From: Halomicronema hongdechloris C2206
Lineage (GTDB): Bacteria > Cyanobacteriota > Cyanobacteriia > Phormidesmidales > Phormidesmidaceae
NCBI RefSeq assembly: GCF_002075285.3
Contig: NZ_CP021983.2
Span: 600,001 to 632,000 of the forward strand
Direction: 5' to 3'
DNA length: 32,000 bases
Shown here: piece by piece, positions 7,477 to 16,458 of the stretch
Layout: the number at the start of each line of letters is the position of its first letter
Position numbering within the stretch: position 1 is the stretch's first letter
Made by a program: the position numbers and the translations under genes
Notes under the pieces: generated by a model
The model's database searches: none
The model's input: the letters and a program-made list of their open reading frames with translations, nothing else
What the model was told of the DNA's origin: nothing

Positions 7477-9522
7477 CTAATTCCTTATGGCAACGCGGGT
7501 ACTAGCGGTCTCAGCCTCTTTTTCCCAGGTTTCTATGGCTTTGAACATGTTCAGCGCTTCTTGCAAAGCCGCTTGGGTCAATTCAGCCTGTTCCGAGGTC
7601 TCCTCCATTGGACTCTCAGCCAGCAGTCCTAGGCATCCCAAGAGATTATTCAGGTGCGATCGCAAATTATGGGACGCCTGACTCACCGCCTGCAGGGAGG
7701 CATCCGTACTGGCGCCATTGGTGTCAGCCGGATGATCTGCAAACTGAATTGCATGGAGTTCGGCATAGGGGCCATTATGTCCTAGAAGTTCAGTATGGGT
7801 GCCCACCTCAACCACATGACCTGCCTCTAATACGGCGATCTGATCCGCCCGCCGCACCGTCGAGAGTCGATGGGCAATGACCAGGGTGGTGCGATCGCGA
7901 CTCAGGGCATCAATCGCCTCCTGAACTAGGCGTTCTGACACCGTATCTAACGCACTGGTCGCTTCATCCAGAATCAGAATCTCAGGGTCTTGAATCAACG
8001 CCCGAGCAATGGCCAACCGTTGTCGCTGTCCTCCAGACAGCAACACCCCCCGATCGCCGATGGGCGTATCCAATCCCTGGGGCAAACGTAGAATAAACTC
8101 ATAGGCATTGGCCAGCTTGGCCGCCTCAATAATCTCCCCATCAGTCGCCTCAGGAGATCCATACTTAATATTATTGCGAACCGAGGCATTGAATAAAAAA
8201 GTATCTTGACTCACGATACCTAGCCGCCTACGAAAAGACTTGACATCTAATCGACGCAGGTCAATACCATCGATCTCAATACTGCCCTGGCTCGGATCGT
8301 AGAAACGAGCTAATAAATCCGCCAAGGTAGACTTCCCTGCTCCAGAATGCCCCACGAGTGCCAAGGTCGTTCCCTTAGGTAAATCGAGAGTGACCTCAGA
8401 CAGGACAGCCTCAGTGCTTCCTGGATAGTGGAACGATACATCAACAAATCGGATGCCGGTATTGAGACGGGAGAACGGCACCGTTCCAGATACCATGAAC
8501 GGTTTATTATCTCGACGCAAAAAGTCACTCACCAAATCCACACTGGCCGATGCATTGGCAAGCTGACTACGCTGAGTGTTGAGCTGAGCCACAAACGGCA
8601 GCGTGCGAAATAACACCAATAAATAGGTCAAAATGACGGGAGAGAACGCCTGAATCTGCTCGGTAAACAAAACTCGCCCTGCCGCCACGATGCCGATAAT
8701 CGCTAATATGCTAGAGATCTCATTGACTGGAGCAATACTAGCGAAGACTAGTTGAGAGCGAAATTCAGCTCGTTCCCGTCGTCGGATTAAATCTTCAAGG
8801 ATTTTATATTCTCGTTCCTCATTTGCCGTTGCTTTTACCAAACGGATGCCCGATAGCATCTCAATTAGATGCGAAGATAAGGCTCCAGCCGTACGGGAAA
8901 GCTCTTTGCCAAAGGATTTCGCCTGTCTTACAGAATATTGATTTAACAAGGCAATGCCTCCCATCAGCACTGTCGACACTAGTGTGAGCTGCCAGGAGAT
9001 CGCAATCAGAATCCCCAAAAAAACAATGATAGTAATTGCAATAACCGCAATCCTCATCAGAGATCGAACCGCCGAAGTAGTGCGATTGACCTCATTATTA
9101 ATGCGGTTCATTAAGTCGCCAAGCTGGAACTTATTAAAGTAGCTCATGTCAACATCAAGCAACAATCTGATTCCCTCTTTTCGCAGGTTTGAGGAGAACG
9201 ACCGATTCAAGGCATTTGATGTCAGTGTACTAGCATAGTTAGCCAGATTTTTAAAGATAATAGCCATGACAACGGTGGCCGCCATGACTAACGTTCGATA
9301 GGTGTCAGGAACGCCGTCAAAAATGGACAAAATTTGATTTAATATCGGTGGAAAGCTAGTGTTTTGCTGAACATCTTGACCTAAAAAACTCAGTAATATA
9401 GGTATGATAAGGGCTACGCCAACACCATTGAAAACAGCGCTTGATAAGCCTAGCAAAGATGTTAAAAACACCCAAACAGGATATTGTTTAAGGCATCGAA
9501 TCAGCAGCTTTCTCGAGTGCAT
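7477..9522 (-). CDS. ABC exporter, fused TMD-NBD half-transporter (MsbA/lipid-flippase type), with an extra 87-aa C-terminal tail.
   Basis: 681 aa with an N-terminal six-helix-type hydrophobic region. Walker A is GHSGAGKST, the signature is LSGGQRQRLAIARAL, and Walker B is ILILDEATSALD. The NBD ends near YAELHAIQF. The tail is encoded at 7477-7740. Confidence 0.9.
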   Translation of the reverse strand: MHSRKLLIRCLKQYPVWVFLTSLLGLSSAVFNGVGVALIIPILLSFLGQDVQQNTSFPPILNQILSIFDGVPDTYRTLVMAATVVMAIIFKNLANYASTLTSNALNRSFSSNLRKEGIRLLLDVDMSYFNKFQLGDLMNRINNEVNRTTSAVRSLMRIAVIAITIIVFLGILIAISWQLTLVSTVLMGGIALLNQYSVRQAKSFGKELSRTAGALSSHLIEMLSGIRLVKATANEEREYKILEDLIRRRERAEFRSQLVFASIAPVNEISSILAIIGIVAAGRVLFTEQIQAFSPVILTYLLVLFRTLPFVAQLNTQRSQLANASASVDLVSDFLRRDNKPFMVSGTVPFSRLNTGIRFVDVSFHYPGSTEAVLSEVTLDLPKGTTLALVGHSGAGKSTLADLLARFYDPSQGSIEIDGIDLRRLDVKSFRRRLGIVSQDTFLFNASVRNNIKYGSPEATDGEIIEAAKLANAYEFILRLPQGLDTPIGDRGVLLSGGQRQRLAIARALIQDPEILILDEATSALDTVSERLVQEAIDALSRDRTTLVIAHRLSTVRRADQIAVLEAGHVVEVGTHTELLGHNGPYAELHAIQFADHPADTNGASTDASLQAVSQASHNLRSHLNNLLGCLGLLAESPMEETSEQAELTQAALQEALNMFKAIETWEKEAETASTRVAIRN

Positions 9523-9589
9523 TGACGGAGCGACCTCAGGATCTACGGCAAGAAGAGTCTATAGGCTCAGCTAAGCATGACTCTGGGAG

Positions 9590-10822
9590 CTACTCAGGAG
9601 GGCGACACACAGATGGTTGACAATGGGACGGCAGCGTCCTCTGTACAGTTTTGGCAATCACCTGGGCCAGGGTCTGGGCCATGGCATGATAACTGTACTG
9701 TTGCAAACACCTCTGACGAGCACGCTTGCCTTGTTCAACCGCCTGCTTGGGATGGGTTAACAGCCAACGTAATGCCTGGGCAATCTGGTCTGGAGCCCCT
9801 GGGGTAACCAAATACCCAGCACCGTCAAGAATTTCTGGAATATCCCCAACCCGGGTCGATAAAATGGGCTTTGCCATTGCCATACCATCCGTTAGCTTCA
9901 ACGGAAATTGAGCCTGTGCCGTTAGAGTATCTCGCTGAGGCACCACCACAATATGAGCAGCCGCTACTACTTCTGGCATCCTCTCTATAGGAAAGCGTGG
10001 CAGCTTAATTAACCAGCGAGACCAGCGTTTTGATAAATCTTCTTCATAACTATCTGGTCGTCGTCCTCCTACAATCACTAGCCTGATATCGGCTTGGTTA
10101 AGGTGGTCCAAGGCTTGCAACACATCTTCGATCCCTTTATGGGGTCTGACCGTTCCTGGAAACATCAGTACTCGATAGCCAGCTAAACCATATCTCTGCC
10201 GACAGGTTTCTGCATCAAAACGGTCTGGATCAAATAAATCTGTGTCTCGGCCATTCGGCAAATAATACCCACCAAAGCGTCGCTGCAAGAAGCGAGTATT
10301 TACAGTGATGCCATCGGCCTGAGGCACTAGGGATTCCATCCATTCCAGGTAGAAACGATGGTCGAGTTGCCTCAGGGCTCCATCAGATTTAAGGATATCT
10401 CGCAATAGCTGCTTCAGGGTTGGTTGGTACGGCGTTTTGTCACCACCCAGCCAGCTTAATTCCCAATCATCAATATCGAGCAAGACCGGCGTACGCCTGA
10501 ACCACTTGCTCAACAGGGCCGGGAATAGGCTTGACAGTCGTGGCTTAATGGCATAGACAATATCTCCTCGAGTCCTGACTAGCAGCTGCTGCAACGACCT
10601 TAGGGCTCCGGGCAAAGGTCTGCCGGCAATTGCCTGCACGGACAAGTCTGCGGGAGGCTGGGGGTAGATATCATCCCCAAATTGGCAGCCAATGACATTC
10701 ACTCGATGTCCCAGTTGCTTCAGCAGATGGCTGACTAAATAGACCCGAGTCATGCCACCACCCGAGAGATCGGGGGCAATCACAGAAACCGAGAGACTAG
10801 ATTGAGATGGCCTAAGGGTCAC
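9590..10822 (-). CDS. Glycosyltransferase family 4 (GT-B, glycosyl transferases group 1).
   Basis: 410 aa with a GTG start at 10822. The N-terminus VSVIAPDLSGGGMTRVYLVSHLLKQLGH is typical of a GT4 N-domain. The C-domain has LVIVGG...VVVPQ...FPLKLTDGMAMAKPILSTRVGDIPEIL, matching the E-x7-E region pattern. It is the first gene of the operon. Confidence 0.8.
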   Translation of the reverse strand: MTLRPSQSSLSVSVIAPDLSGGGMTRVYLVSHLLKQLGHRVNVIGCQFGDDIYPQPPADLSVQAIAGRPLPGALRSLQQLLVRTRGDIVYAIKPRLSSLFPALLSKWFRRTPVLLDIDDWELSWLGGDKTPYQPTLKQLLRDILKSDGALRQLDHRFYLEWMESLVPQADGITVNTRFLQRRFGGYYLPNGRDTDLFDPDRFDAETCRQRYGLAGYRVLMFPGTVRPHKGIEDVLQALDHLNQADIRLVIVGGRRPDSYEEDLSKRWSRWLIKLPRFPIERMPEVVAAAHIVVVPQRDTLTAQAQFPLKLTDGMAMAKPILSTRVGDIPEILDGAGYLVTPGAPDQIAQALRWLLTHPKQAVEQGKRARQRCLQQYSYHAMAQTLAQVIAKTVQRTLPSHCQPSVCRPPE

Positions 10823-11141
10823 GATACTGGCCAGAACCTAAACAATTGGTGCCAACAGAATTCCCACGGAAGGTCCAACGGATAAGAGCCACGTTCGATA
10901 CTAACTTACTCTTCCCAGGGATTATCTTGTCTTTAAAGACCTTTGCCTAGGCTTTATAGTTGCCCACTAGACTGGCTAGCTGGCTCGAGTTCAATCTAGT
11001 CATGGGCTAGAGGGTGTTGGAAAAAGTGGCTTATTAGCGGCATAGATCCCTTGACTGAGGCAGAAACCCCGGAGTTTCAGTGACCCATACTCTCTATTGA
11101 GACATGGGTGGGACTTCAAATTGGACGCTTGAAACATCCAC

Positions 11142-12050
11142 TTAAGCAGAGCCCGCTTCTGTCGAGGGGGGAACCATTGGTGGGTATTCTAATGCTAGGG
11201 TGCCCAAAACCCCCTTTCGATAATCCGTTAACAGTTGTCTAGCCGCTCGTTGCCGGTCTCCCTGGTATCGCGCTTGACTCATCTGCATCAGGTAAGCCTC
11301 ACCACTGTAGGCAGTAGGGTGAATCCCATATCGAGTTGCCAGGGCCTCCAATGCCGACGGTTGATCTGCTGTACGCGATGGCAACTGGGCGTGATCTTGC
11401 TTTAGGAACTCCACAAAGGTGGCAGCCACCAGTTCATCATCATAGGCAGCCTCACCGATATCATCGCAAATGGCTAGTTTCAGAGCAGCTTGCTGATCTG
11501 TCAATTGAGCTGGCAGCACCCCGGGAGCATCTAATAACTCGAGTTCGTCCGAAATCCGCACCCAGCGGAGCTGTCGAGTTACGCCAGGACGACGGGCACT
11601 GGCCACTACCTTGCGCTTGAGCAATCGATTGATCAAGGCGGATTTCCCGACATTCGGAAATCCCAGGACAACGGCCCGCACAGGGCGAGGCCGCAGCCCT
11701 CGTTGGTGTCGGCGTTGGTTCATGGTTTTGCCTTTGGCCTGAGCAGCTTTGGCTAGGCCAGCCACTCCCTTGCCTTGTTGGGCATTGGTAAACAGAACTG
11801 GAGTTCCTTGCTGACGAAACCAAGTGTCCCAGTCATCCCGCACACTGGCTGGAATCATATCGACTCGGTTGAGAACTAGTAATCGTTCCTTAGCACCAAT
11901 CCACTGGTCAATCTTAGGATGCCGAGTGGCTAAGGGAATGCGCGCGTCACGCACTTCTAGCACGACATCAATACGCTTTAGTTGCTCTAGTAAGGCCTTT
12001 TCAGCTTTAGCAATATGACCGGGATACCATTGAATCGCAGGAGACGACAT
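11142..12050 (-). CDS. rbgA: Ribosome biogenesis GTPase A (YlqF/RbgA), a circularly permuted GTPase.
   Basis: IQWYPGHIAKAEK lies at the N-terminus. The motif order is permuted: G4-like LNRVD comes first, then G1 GFPNVGKSALINRLL, then G3 LLDAPGV. The track ORF extends to 12116 and overlaps the usp gene. The ATG at 12050 (MSSPAIQWYPGH) removes the overlap and fits the family N-terminus. Confidence 0.85.
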   Translation of the reverse strand: MSSPAIQWYPGHIAKAEKALLEQLKRIDVVLEVRDARIPLATRHPKIDQWIGAKERLLVLNRVDMIPASVRDDWDTWFRQQGTPVLFTNAQQGKGVAGLAKAAQAKGKTMNQRRHQRGLRPRPVRAVVLGFPNVGKSALINRLLKRKVVASARRPGVTRQLRWVRISDELELLDAPGVLPAQLTDQQAALKLAICDDIGEAAYDDELVAATFVEFLKQDHAQLPSRTADQPSALEALATRYGIHPTAYSGEAYLMQMSQARYQGDRQRAARQLLTDYRKGVLGTLALEYPPMVPPSTEAGSA

Positions 12051-12105
12051 AGTAGCGCAGGGGAGACTGTGGCAAGTGTGTAGCGTCAGCCCAAGGGCGA
12101 TAGCC

Positions 12106-12516
12106 TTAAGGCACAACCAAGACAGGGCATGGGGATAGGTTGATCACCCGATTAGTAACACTTTCTACTGGTGAGTCATCAATCAGGCCTATCCCTCGGC
12201 AGCCCATGACAATGAGATCGGCATTCATCTCATCGGCGACATCACAAATCACGAAGGCAGGATGCCCTTCTCGCTCTAGGGTTTCTACGGCCACTCCTTG
12301 GGCAGCGAACATCTCCTTAGCTTGACTCAATAACCTGGCAACGGCCTCAGGTGAGCTTTGCCGCCCATGGTCTTTAGCGGGCTCGCTATCTGAGGATTCA
12401 ACCACAGACAGTAGCATAAGACGGCCCTGATGCAGCTTAATGAGTTGGGCTGCCAAGGTGGCCACATGGTGAGTCTCAGGACTCATATCAATCGGGAAGA
12501 GAATTGTCTTAAACAT
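12106..12516 (-). CDS. Universal stress protein (UspA family).
   Basis: 136 aa. It begins MFKTILFPIDMSPETHH and ends DLIVMGCRGIGLIDDSPVESVTNRVINLSPCPVLVV, the typical Usp ATP-binding C-terminal pattern. Confidence 0.85.
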   Translation of the reverse strand: MFKTILFPIDMSPETHHVATLAAQLIKLHQGRLMLLSVVESSDSEPAKDHGRQSSPEAVARLLSQAKEMFAAQGVAVETLEREGHPAFVICDVADEMNADLIVMGCRGIGLIDDSPVESVTNRVINLSPCPVLVVP

Positions 12517-12699
12517 GGCTTTCCAACGGGGAACTCAGTCTCCGGTACAATGTTGACGGCGCGAAGCATAATGTCAGCACCAGACAGCGCTTGCGCGCCT
12601 AGCCAATCTATGGGCTCTGAGATCTAGATTAGGCAAGGTCTGCTTGGCTTTTCAGGGAGCTGTGCATAAACGTAATAATGTGAGTTATGGAGGTTTATT

Positions 12700-13908
12700 T
12701 TGGTGGCTAAAAAGACGGTAGCTAGCCTATCTGCAGCAGAAGTCGCCGGTAAGCGCGTTTTAGTGCGGGCTGATTTTAATGTGCCCTTAAACGATCAAGG
12801 GACCATTACGGATGATACTCGGATTCGTGCTGCCTTACCCACGATTCAGGATCTCACGGGCAAAGGAGCTAAAGTCATTCTCTCTAGTCATATGGGACGA
12901 CCTAAGGGCAAGGTTATAGAGAGTCTACGGCTGACGTCGGTGGCCCAGCGGCTGTCTGAGTTGCTGGGACAACCCGTTGTCAAGTGCGATGACTGTGTTG
13001 GCGACACGGTAGCAGCTGCCGTTAATGGCTTACAAAATGGTCAGGTTGCCTTGCTAGAAAATGTACGATTTTATGCTGAAGAGGAGGCGAATGACCCAAC
13101 CTTTGCTCAAAAGTTAGCGTCTTTGGCTGATGTATATGTCAACGATGCCTTTGGCACGGCTCACCGAGCCCACGCCTCCACTGAAGGGGTAACTAAGTAT
13201 CTGAGTCCTTCAGTAGCTGGTTTTCTAATTGAAAAGGAACTGCAATATCTGCAGAATGCCATTGAGAATCCACAACGGCCTCTGGCTGCCATTATTGGCG
13301 GGTCTAAGGTGTCTAGCAAAATTGGTGTGATTGAGACACTGCTTGACAAGGTAAATGTGCTGTTGCTGGGTGGTGGCATGATCTTCACCTTTTATAAGGC
13401 TCGTGGCTTAGGAGTAGGTAAGTCTTTGGTAGAAGCAGACAAGTTGGACCTGGCTAAGTCTTTAGAGGCAAAGGCAAAAGAGAAGGGTGTCAAGTTGCTA
13501 CTGCCAACGGATGTGGTCGTTGCGGATAACTTTGCGGCCAATGCCAACGACCAAGTTGTCAGTGCTGAGGCGATTCCTGAAGGTTGGATGGGGCTTGATA
13601 TTGGTCCTGATTCTGTGAAGGTGTTTCAGGAGGCACTGAGTCAGTGTAAATCGGTGATTTGGAATGGCCCTATGGGCGTATTTGAGTTCGATAAATTCGC
13701 CAAGGGAACTGAGGCTATTGCGCGAACCTTAGCAGATCTGACGGGCCAGGGTACCATTACGATCATTGGTGGTGGAGACTCGGTAGCTGCCGTTGAGAAA
13801 GTAGGCGTCGCTAACAAGATGAGCCACATCTCGACAGGGGGTGGAGCAAGCCTGGAGCTTCTAGAAGGTAAGGTGCTACCTGGTATCGCTGCTCTGGATG
13901 AGGCATAG
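12700..13908 (+). CDS. pgk: Phosphoglycerate kinase.
   Basis: The canonical blocks [61 protein letters not shown] and GGGDS are present. There is no ATG at the 5-prime end. The start is TTG 12700 or GTG 12703, with GGAGG at 12689-12693. Confidence 0.95.
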   Translation: MVAKKTVASLSAAEVAGKRVLVRADFNVPLNDQGTITDDTRIRAALPTIQDLTGKGAKVILSSHMGRPKGKVIESLRLTSVAQRLSELLGQPVVKCDDCVGDTVAAAVNGLQNGQVALLENVRFYAEEEANDPTFAQKLASLADVYVNDAFGTAHRAHASTEGVTKYLSPSVAGFLIEKELQYLQNAIENPQRPLAAIIGGSKVSSKIGVIETLLDKVNVLLLGGGMIFTFYKARGLGVGKSLVEADKLDLAKSLEAKAKEKGVKLLLPTDVVVADNFAANANDQVVSAEAIPEGWMGLDIGPDSVKVFQEALSQCKSVIWNGPMGVFEFDKFAKGTEAIARTLADLTGQGTITIIGGGDSVAAVEKVGVANKMSHISTGGGASLELLEGKVLPGIAALDEA

Positions 13909-14018
13909 GCCTTATTACTGCCTATATACTCAATCTCGTCAGCGCTTTGTCGGGGTGGTGATATGGCCTTGATCAGCTTTGCTTAATTGTCTCTGAAGAG
14001 GTTGTCTAGTATGACTGA

Positions 14019-14048
14019 GGAGGAGCTAGGGGTGGGCCAAGCTTCTCC
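14019..14048 (+). terminator. Possible weak terminator hairpin downstream of pgk.
   Basis: GGAGGAGCT (14019-14027) pairs with AGCTTCTCC (14040-14048) with one mismatch. It is followed by TTAGTTGTT, so there is no clean T-run. Confidence 0.3.
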
Positions 14049-14097
14049 TTAGTTGTTGGGATTTCTTGCCAGTAGTCTTATCGGTTATCAGAGTTTC

Positions 14098-14877
14098 ATG
14101 CTCCCTAGGGATGACTTATTACAAGCCGTTGAACATCGTCAGTGTCTGGCTCGTCTCCTAGATCAGGTAGAGTTGGCCATTAAAACTTGGGATCTGGTGT
14201 TTTCCGATTTCCTCTCTCCTTCGGAATGGGCGGAGGCAAAGGCGGTATTCCAGCAACTGACAGAAGTCCATGTTGTTGCTTTTGGTGGATACCCTCAGGC
14301 TGAGCGGCAACGCTGCGGTATTGCCCGGACAGAGCTGCCGTTAGAGTCTGATCAGGTGCCTTTAGCCTTACTGGATATTGCTGGCAATTTCCTGTTCGAT
14401 GCTGCCACCCACAGAGACTTTTTGGGGGCTATTCTTGGGACTGGATTGGTGCGGGAAAAGATTGGTGACATCATTGTTCTGGGAGAACGAGGTGCCCAGG
14501 TGATTGTAATGCCTGAGTTAGTGGATTTTTTAGAGACGACTCTGACTCAGGTGCGTTCAGTGCCGGTCAAAACTCGTGCCGTTGACTGGCAACAGCTCAA
14601 AGTGCGGCCACCCAGGACTAAGGAGATGACTACTGTGGAGGCATCGATGCGTTTAGATGCGATCGCATCGGCAGGCTTTGGCATATCTCGCAGCAAGATG
14701 GCCGATCTCATCAACGCAGGGGATGTGCGGGTCAATTGGATAACTGTCACCCGTACTAGTCACACCATTGAGCCGGGTGACTTAGTTGCCATCAGAGGTA
14801 AAGGGCGACTCCAAATTGGCGACGTTGCGACCACCAAAAAACAACGGTACCGGGTACAACTTACCCGATACCTCTGA
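14098..14877 (+). CDS. S4-domain RNA-binding protein (YlmH-like; the cyanobacterial family often annotated photosystem II S4 domain protein).
   Basis: The C-terminal S4 motif is RLDAIASAGFGISRSKMADLINAGDVRVNW...IEPGDLVAIRGKGRLQI. The track ORF starts at 14053 on a non-ATG codon. The first ATG at 14098 gives MLPRDDLLQ. Confidence 0.8.
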   Translation: MLPRDDLLQAVEHRQCLARLLDQVELAIKTWDLVFSDFLSPSEWAEAKAVFQQLTEVHVVAFGGYPQAERQRCGIARTELPLESDQVPLALLDIAGNFLFDAATHRDFLGAILGTGLVREKIGDIIVLGERGAQVIVMPELVDFLETTLTQVRSVPVKTRAVDWQQLKVRPPRTKEMTTVEASMRLDAIASAGFGISRSKMADLINAGDVRVNWITVTRTSHTIEPGDLVAIRGKGRLQIGDVATTKKQRYRVQLTRYL

Positions 14878-14902
14878 ATTGGAGTCCAACAAACATCTAG
14901 CT

Positions 14903-14935
14903 TATAGAGGCCGCAGTCTGTCTACAGCCTCTATA
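14903..14935. terminator. Perfect 9-bp hairpin between convergent genes; a possible bidirectional terminator or RNA-stability element.
   Basis: TATAGAGGC (14903-14911) pairs with GCCTCTATA (14927-14935) across a 15-nt loop. It sits in the 75-nt gap between the stop codons at 14877 (plus) and 14953 (minus). There is no T-run on either side. Confidence 0.45.
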
Positions 14936-14952
14936 CCAACAGAAACCAGCAG

Positions 14953-15390
14953 TCATCCACCAATTTCGGCTAAGATATCCTTCGCGTGGGAGTCAGTTTG
15001 GACTTTCTCATAAACCCTATCGATGCCCCCATTGCTGTTAATGATATAGGTCACCCGCTTAGCATAACCATCACCTTCCACATCATAGGCCCGAGCAATA
15101 GAGCCATCAGCATCGGCGACGAGCTTAAAGGGCAAGCCATATTTCTCCTTAAACATTTTATGAGATGTTTCGTCGTCCATACTCACGCCCAAGACAATAA
15201 TATCTTTACCCTGATATTCTTCAAAAGCATCCCGAAATCCTTGAGCCTCCTTGGTGCAGCCAGGAGTATCATCCTTGGGATAAAAGTAGAGAACCACCGT
15301 CCTACCCTGAAAATCCGATAACGATATGCTGTTACCAGCCTCGTCCTTGGCAGTAAAATTGGGGGCTTGCGCACCTGCTGCTAAAACCAT
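14953..15390 (-). CDS. bcp: Thioredoxin-dependent thiol peroxidase (peroxiredoxin Bcp/PrxQ).
   Basis: The active-site motif is VVLYFYPKDDTPGCTKEA. The ATG at 15390 (MVLAAGAQAPNFTAKDEAGN) fits the family N-terminus better than the track start at 15438. Confidence 0.9.
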   Translation of the reverse strand: MVLAAGAQAPNFTAKDEAGNSISLSDFQGRTVVLYFYPKDDTPGCTKEAQGFRDAFEEYQGKDIIVLGVSMDDETSHKMFKEKYGLPFKLVADADGSIARAYDVEGDGYAKRVTYIINSNGGIDRVYEKVQTDSHAKDILAEIGG

Positions 15391-15531
15391 TGGTTGGCAT
15401 CTCCTTATACTGCATCGTTCTGTAACCGATCTTAACATTACTGCCAGCTAATCTAGCCAAGGGAGGCTGCCAATAGAGTAGATTCTCTATCATCCTCAAT
15501 CGATCTCTCCCTGCTACCACCTCAGCGCATT

Positions 15532-15565
15532 CTTCTAATGCCAATAACCTTCTAATGCCAATAGC
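15532..15565 (+). repeat. Tandem 17-mer duplication (one mismatch) just upstream of the transglutaminase-like gene.
   Basis: CTTCTAATGCCAATAAC (15532-15548) is followed directly by CTTCTAATGCCAATAGC (15549-15565). The first 15 nt are identical. The repeat ends 26 nt before the ATG at 15592. Confidence 0.9.
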
Positions 15566-15591
15566 TTCAACATCAATTACGACTCACCAGT

Positions 15592-16455
15592 ATGGCTCGC
15601 TACCGAATCCACCACATCACCCTTTATCGCTACGATCGAGCAGTCAAACTCCATTCCCATGTTGTTCGGTTACGTCCACGCAGCGATGGTACCCAAACTC
15701 TAGAATATTTTGATCTTCGCATCGACCCCCTACCTGTATATCAGGCAGACTTAGTTGATTTAGACGGTAACGCAACCGTAGGACTCTGGTTTGACCAAAC
15801 TGATGCTACAGAATTGCATATCAAAGCCAGCTCTGAAATTAGAACGCACCGCAAGAATCCCTTTGATTACCTCATTGCACCATGGGCCGTTAACGCCCCG
15901 ATTATCTATCCCCAATCTTTAGCCAGCTATTTACATCCCTATTGCGACAATTCCACAGGCTTAGTGTCGGATCCCGGCGTTACTCAACTAGCTCACAGAA
16001 TCTTACATGATGCTCAGCACAACATCAGCTGTTTCTTAACCACGCTTACCCAGCACATCTATGAAACCTGTCGCTACACCACTCGCGAGCAAGGAGAACC
16101 ACAACTCGCCGGTATTACCTGGCATCAGAAGTTGGGAAGCTGCCGGGACTTTACCGTGTTATTCATGGAAGCTTGCCGCAGTGTAGGGCTAGCGGCGCGC
16201 TTTGTTAGTGGCTACCAGGAAGGCGATCTTACCGTAGCTGAACGAGAGCTACATGCTTGGGCCGAGGTCTATATCCCAGGTGGTGGCTGGCGAGGTTTCG
16301 ACCCTACCCACGGATTAGCCGTAGCCGATCAGCACATTGCCTTAGCCGCCAGTGCCTTTCCCAAAGATGCTAGCCCTGTTAGTGGGAAACTACAGGGAAG
16401 TCATCGCGACTCCACTCTAGACACCCATATCACTATCGAAAAACTAGCGGATTGA
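15592..16455 (+). CDS. Transglutaminase-like cysteine protease-fold protein with a bacterial transglutaminase N-terminal domain.
   Basis: The N-terminus YRIHHITLYRYDRAVKLHSHVVRLRP is typical of the Bact_transglu_N region. The Cys-His-Asp triad context is GSCRDFTVLF, HAWAEVYIPGGGW and RGFDPT. Confidence 0.85.
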   Translation: MARYRIHHITLYRYDRAVKLHSHVVRLRPRSDGTQTLEYFDLRIDPLPVYQADLVDLDGNATVGLWFDQTDATELHIKASSEIRTHRKNPFDYLIAPWAVNAPIIYPQSLASYLHPYCDNSTGLVSDPGVTQLAHRILHDAQHNISCFLTTLTQHIYETCRYTTREQGEPQLAGITWHQKLGSCRDFTVLFMEACRSVGLAARFVSGYQEGDLTVAERELHAWAEVYIPGGGWRGFDPTHGLAVADQHIALAASAFPKDASPVSGKLQGSHRDSTLDTHITIEKLAD

Positions 16456-16458
16456 TAC

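Noticed and set aside
11336-12018. ORFs 11336-11620 (plus), 11461-11823 (minus, alternate frame) and 11824-12018 (plus), all inside rbgA.
   Set aside because: They lie entirely within a CDS that has strong family motifs. They are Arg/Ser/Pro-rich off-frame translations typical of GC-rich coding DNA.
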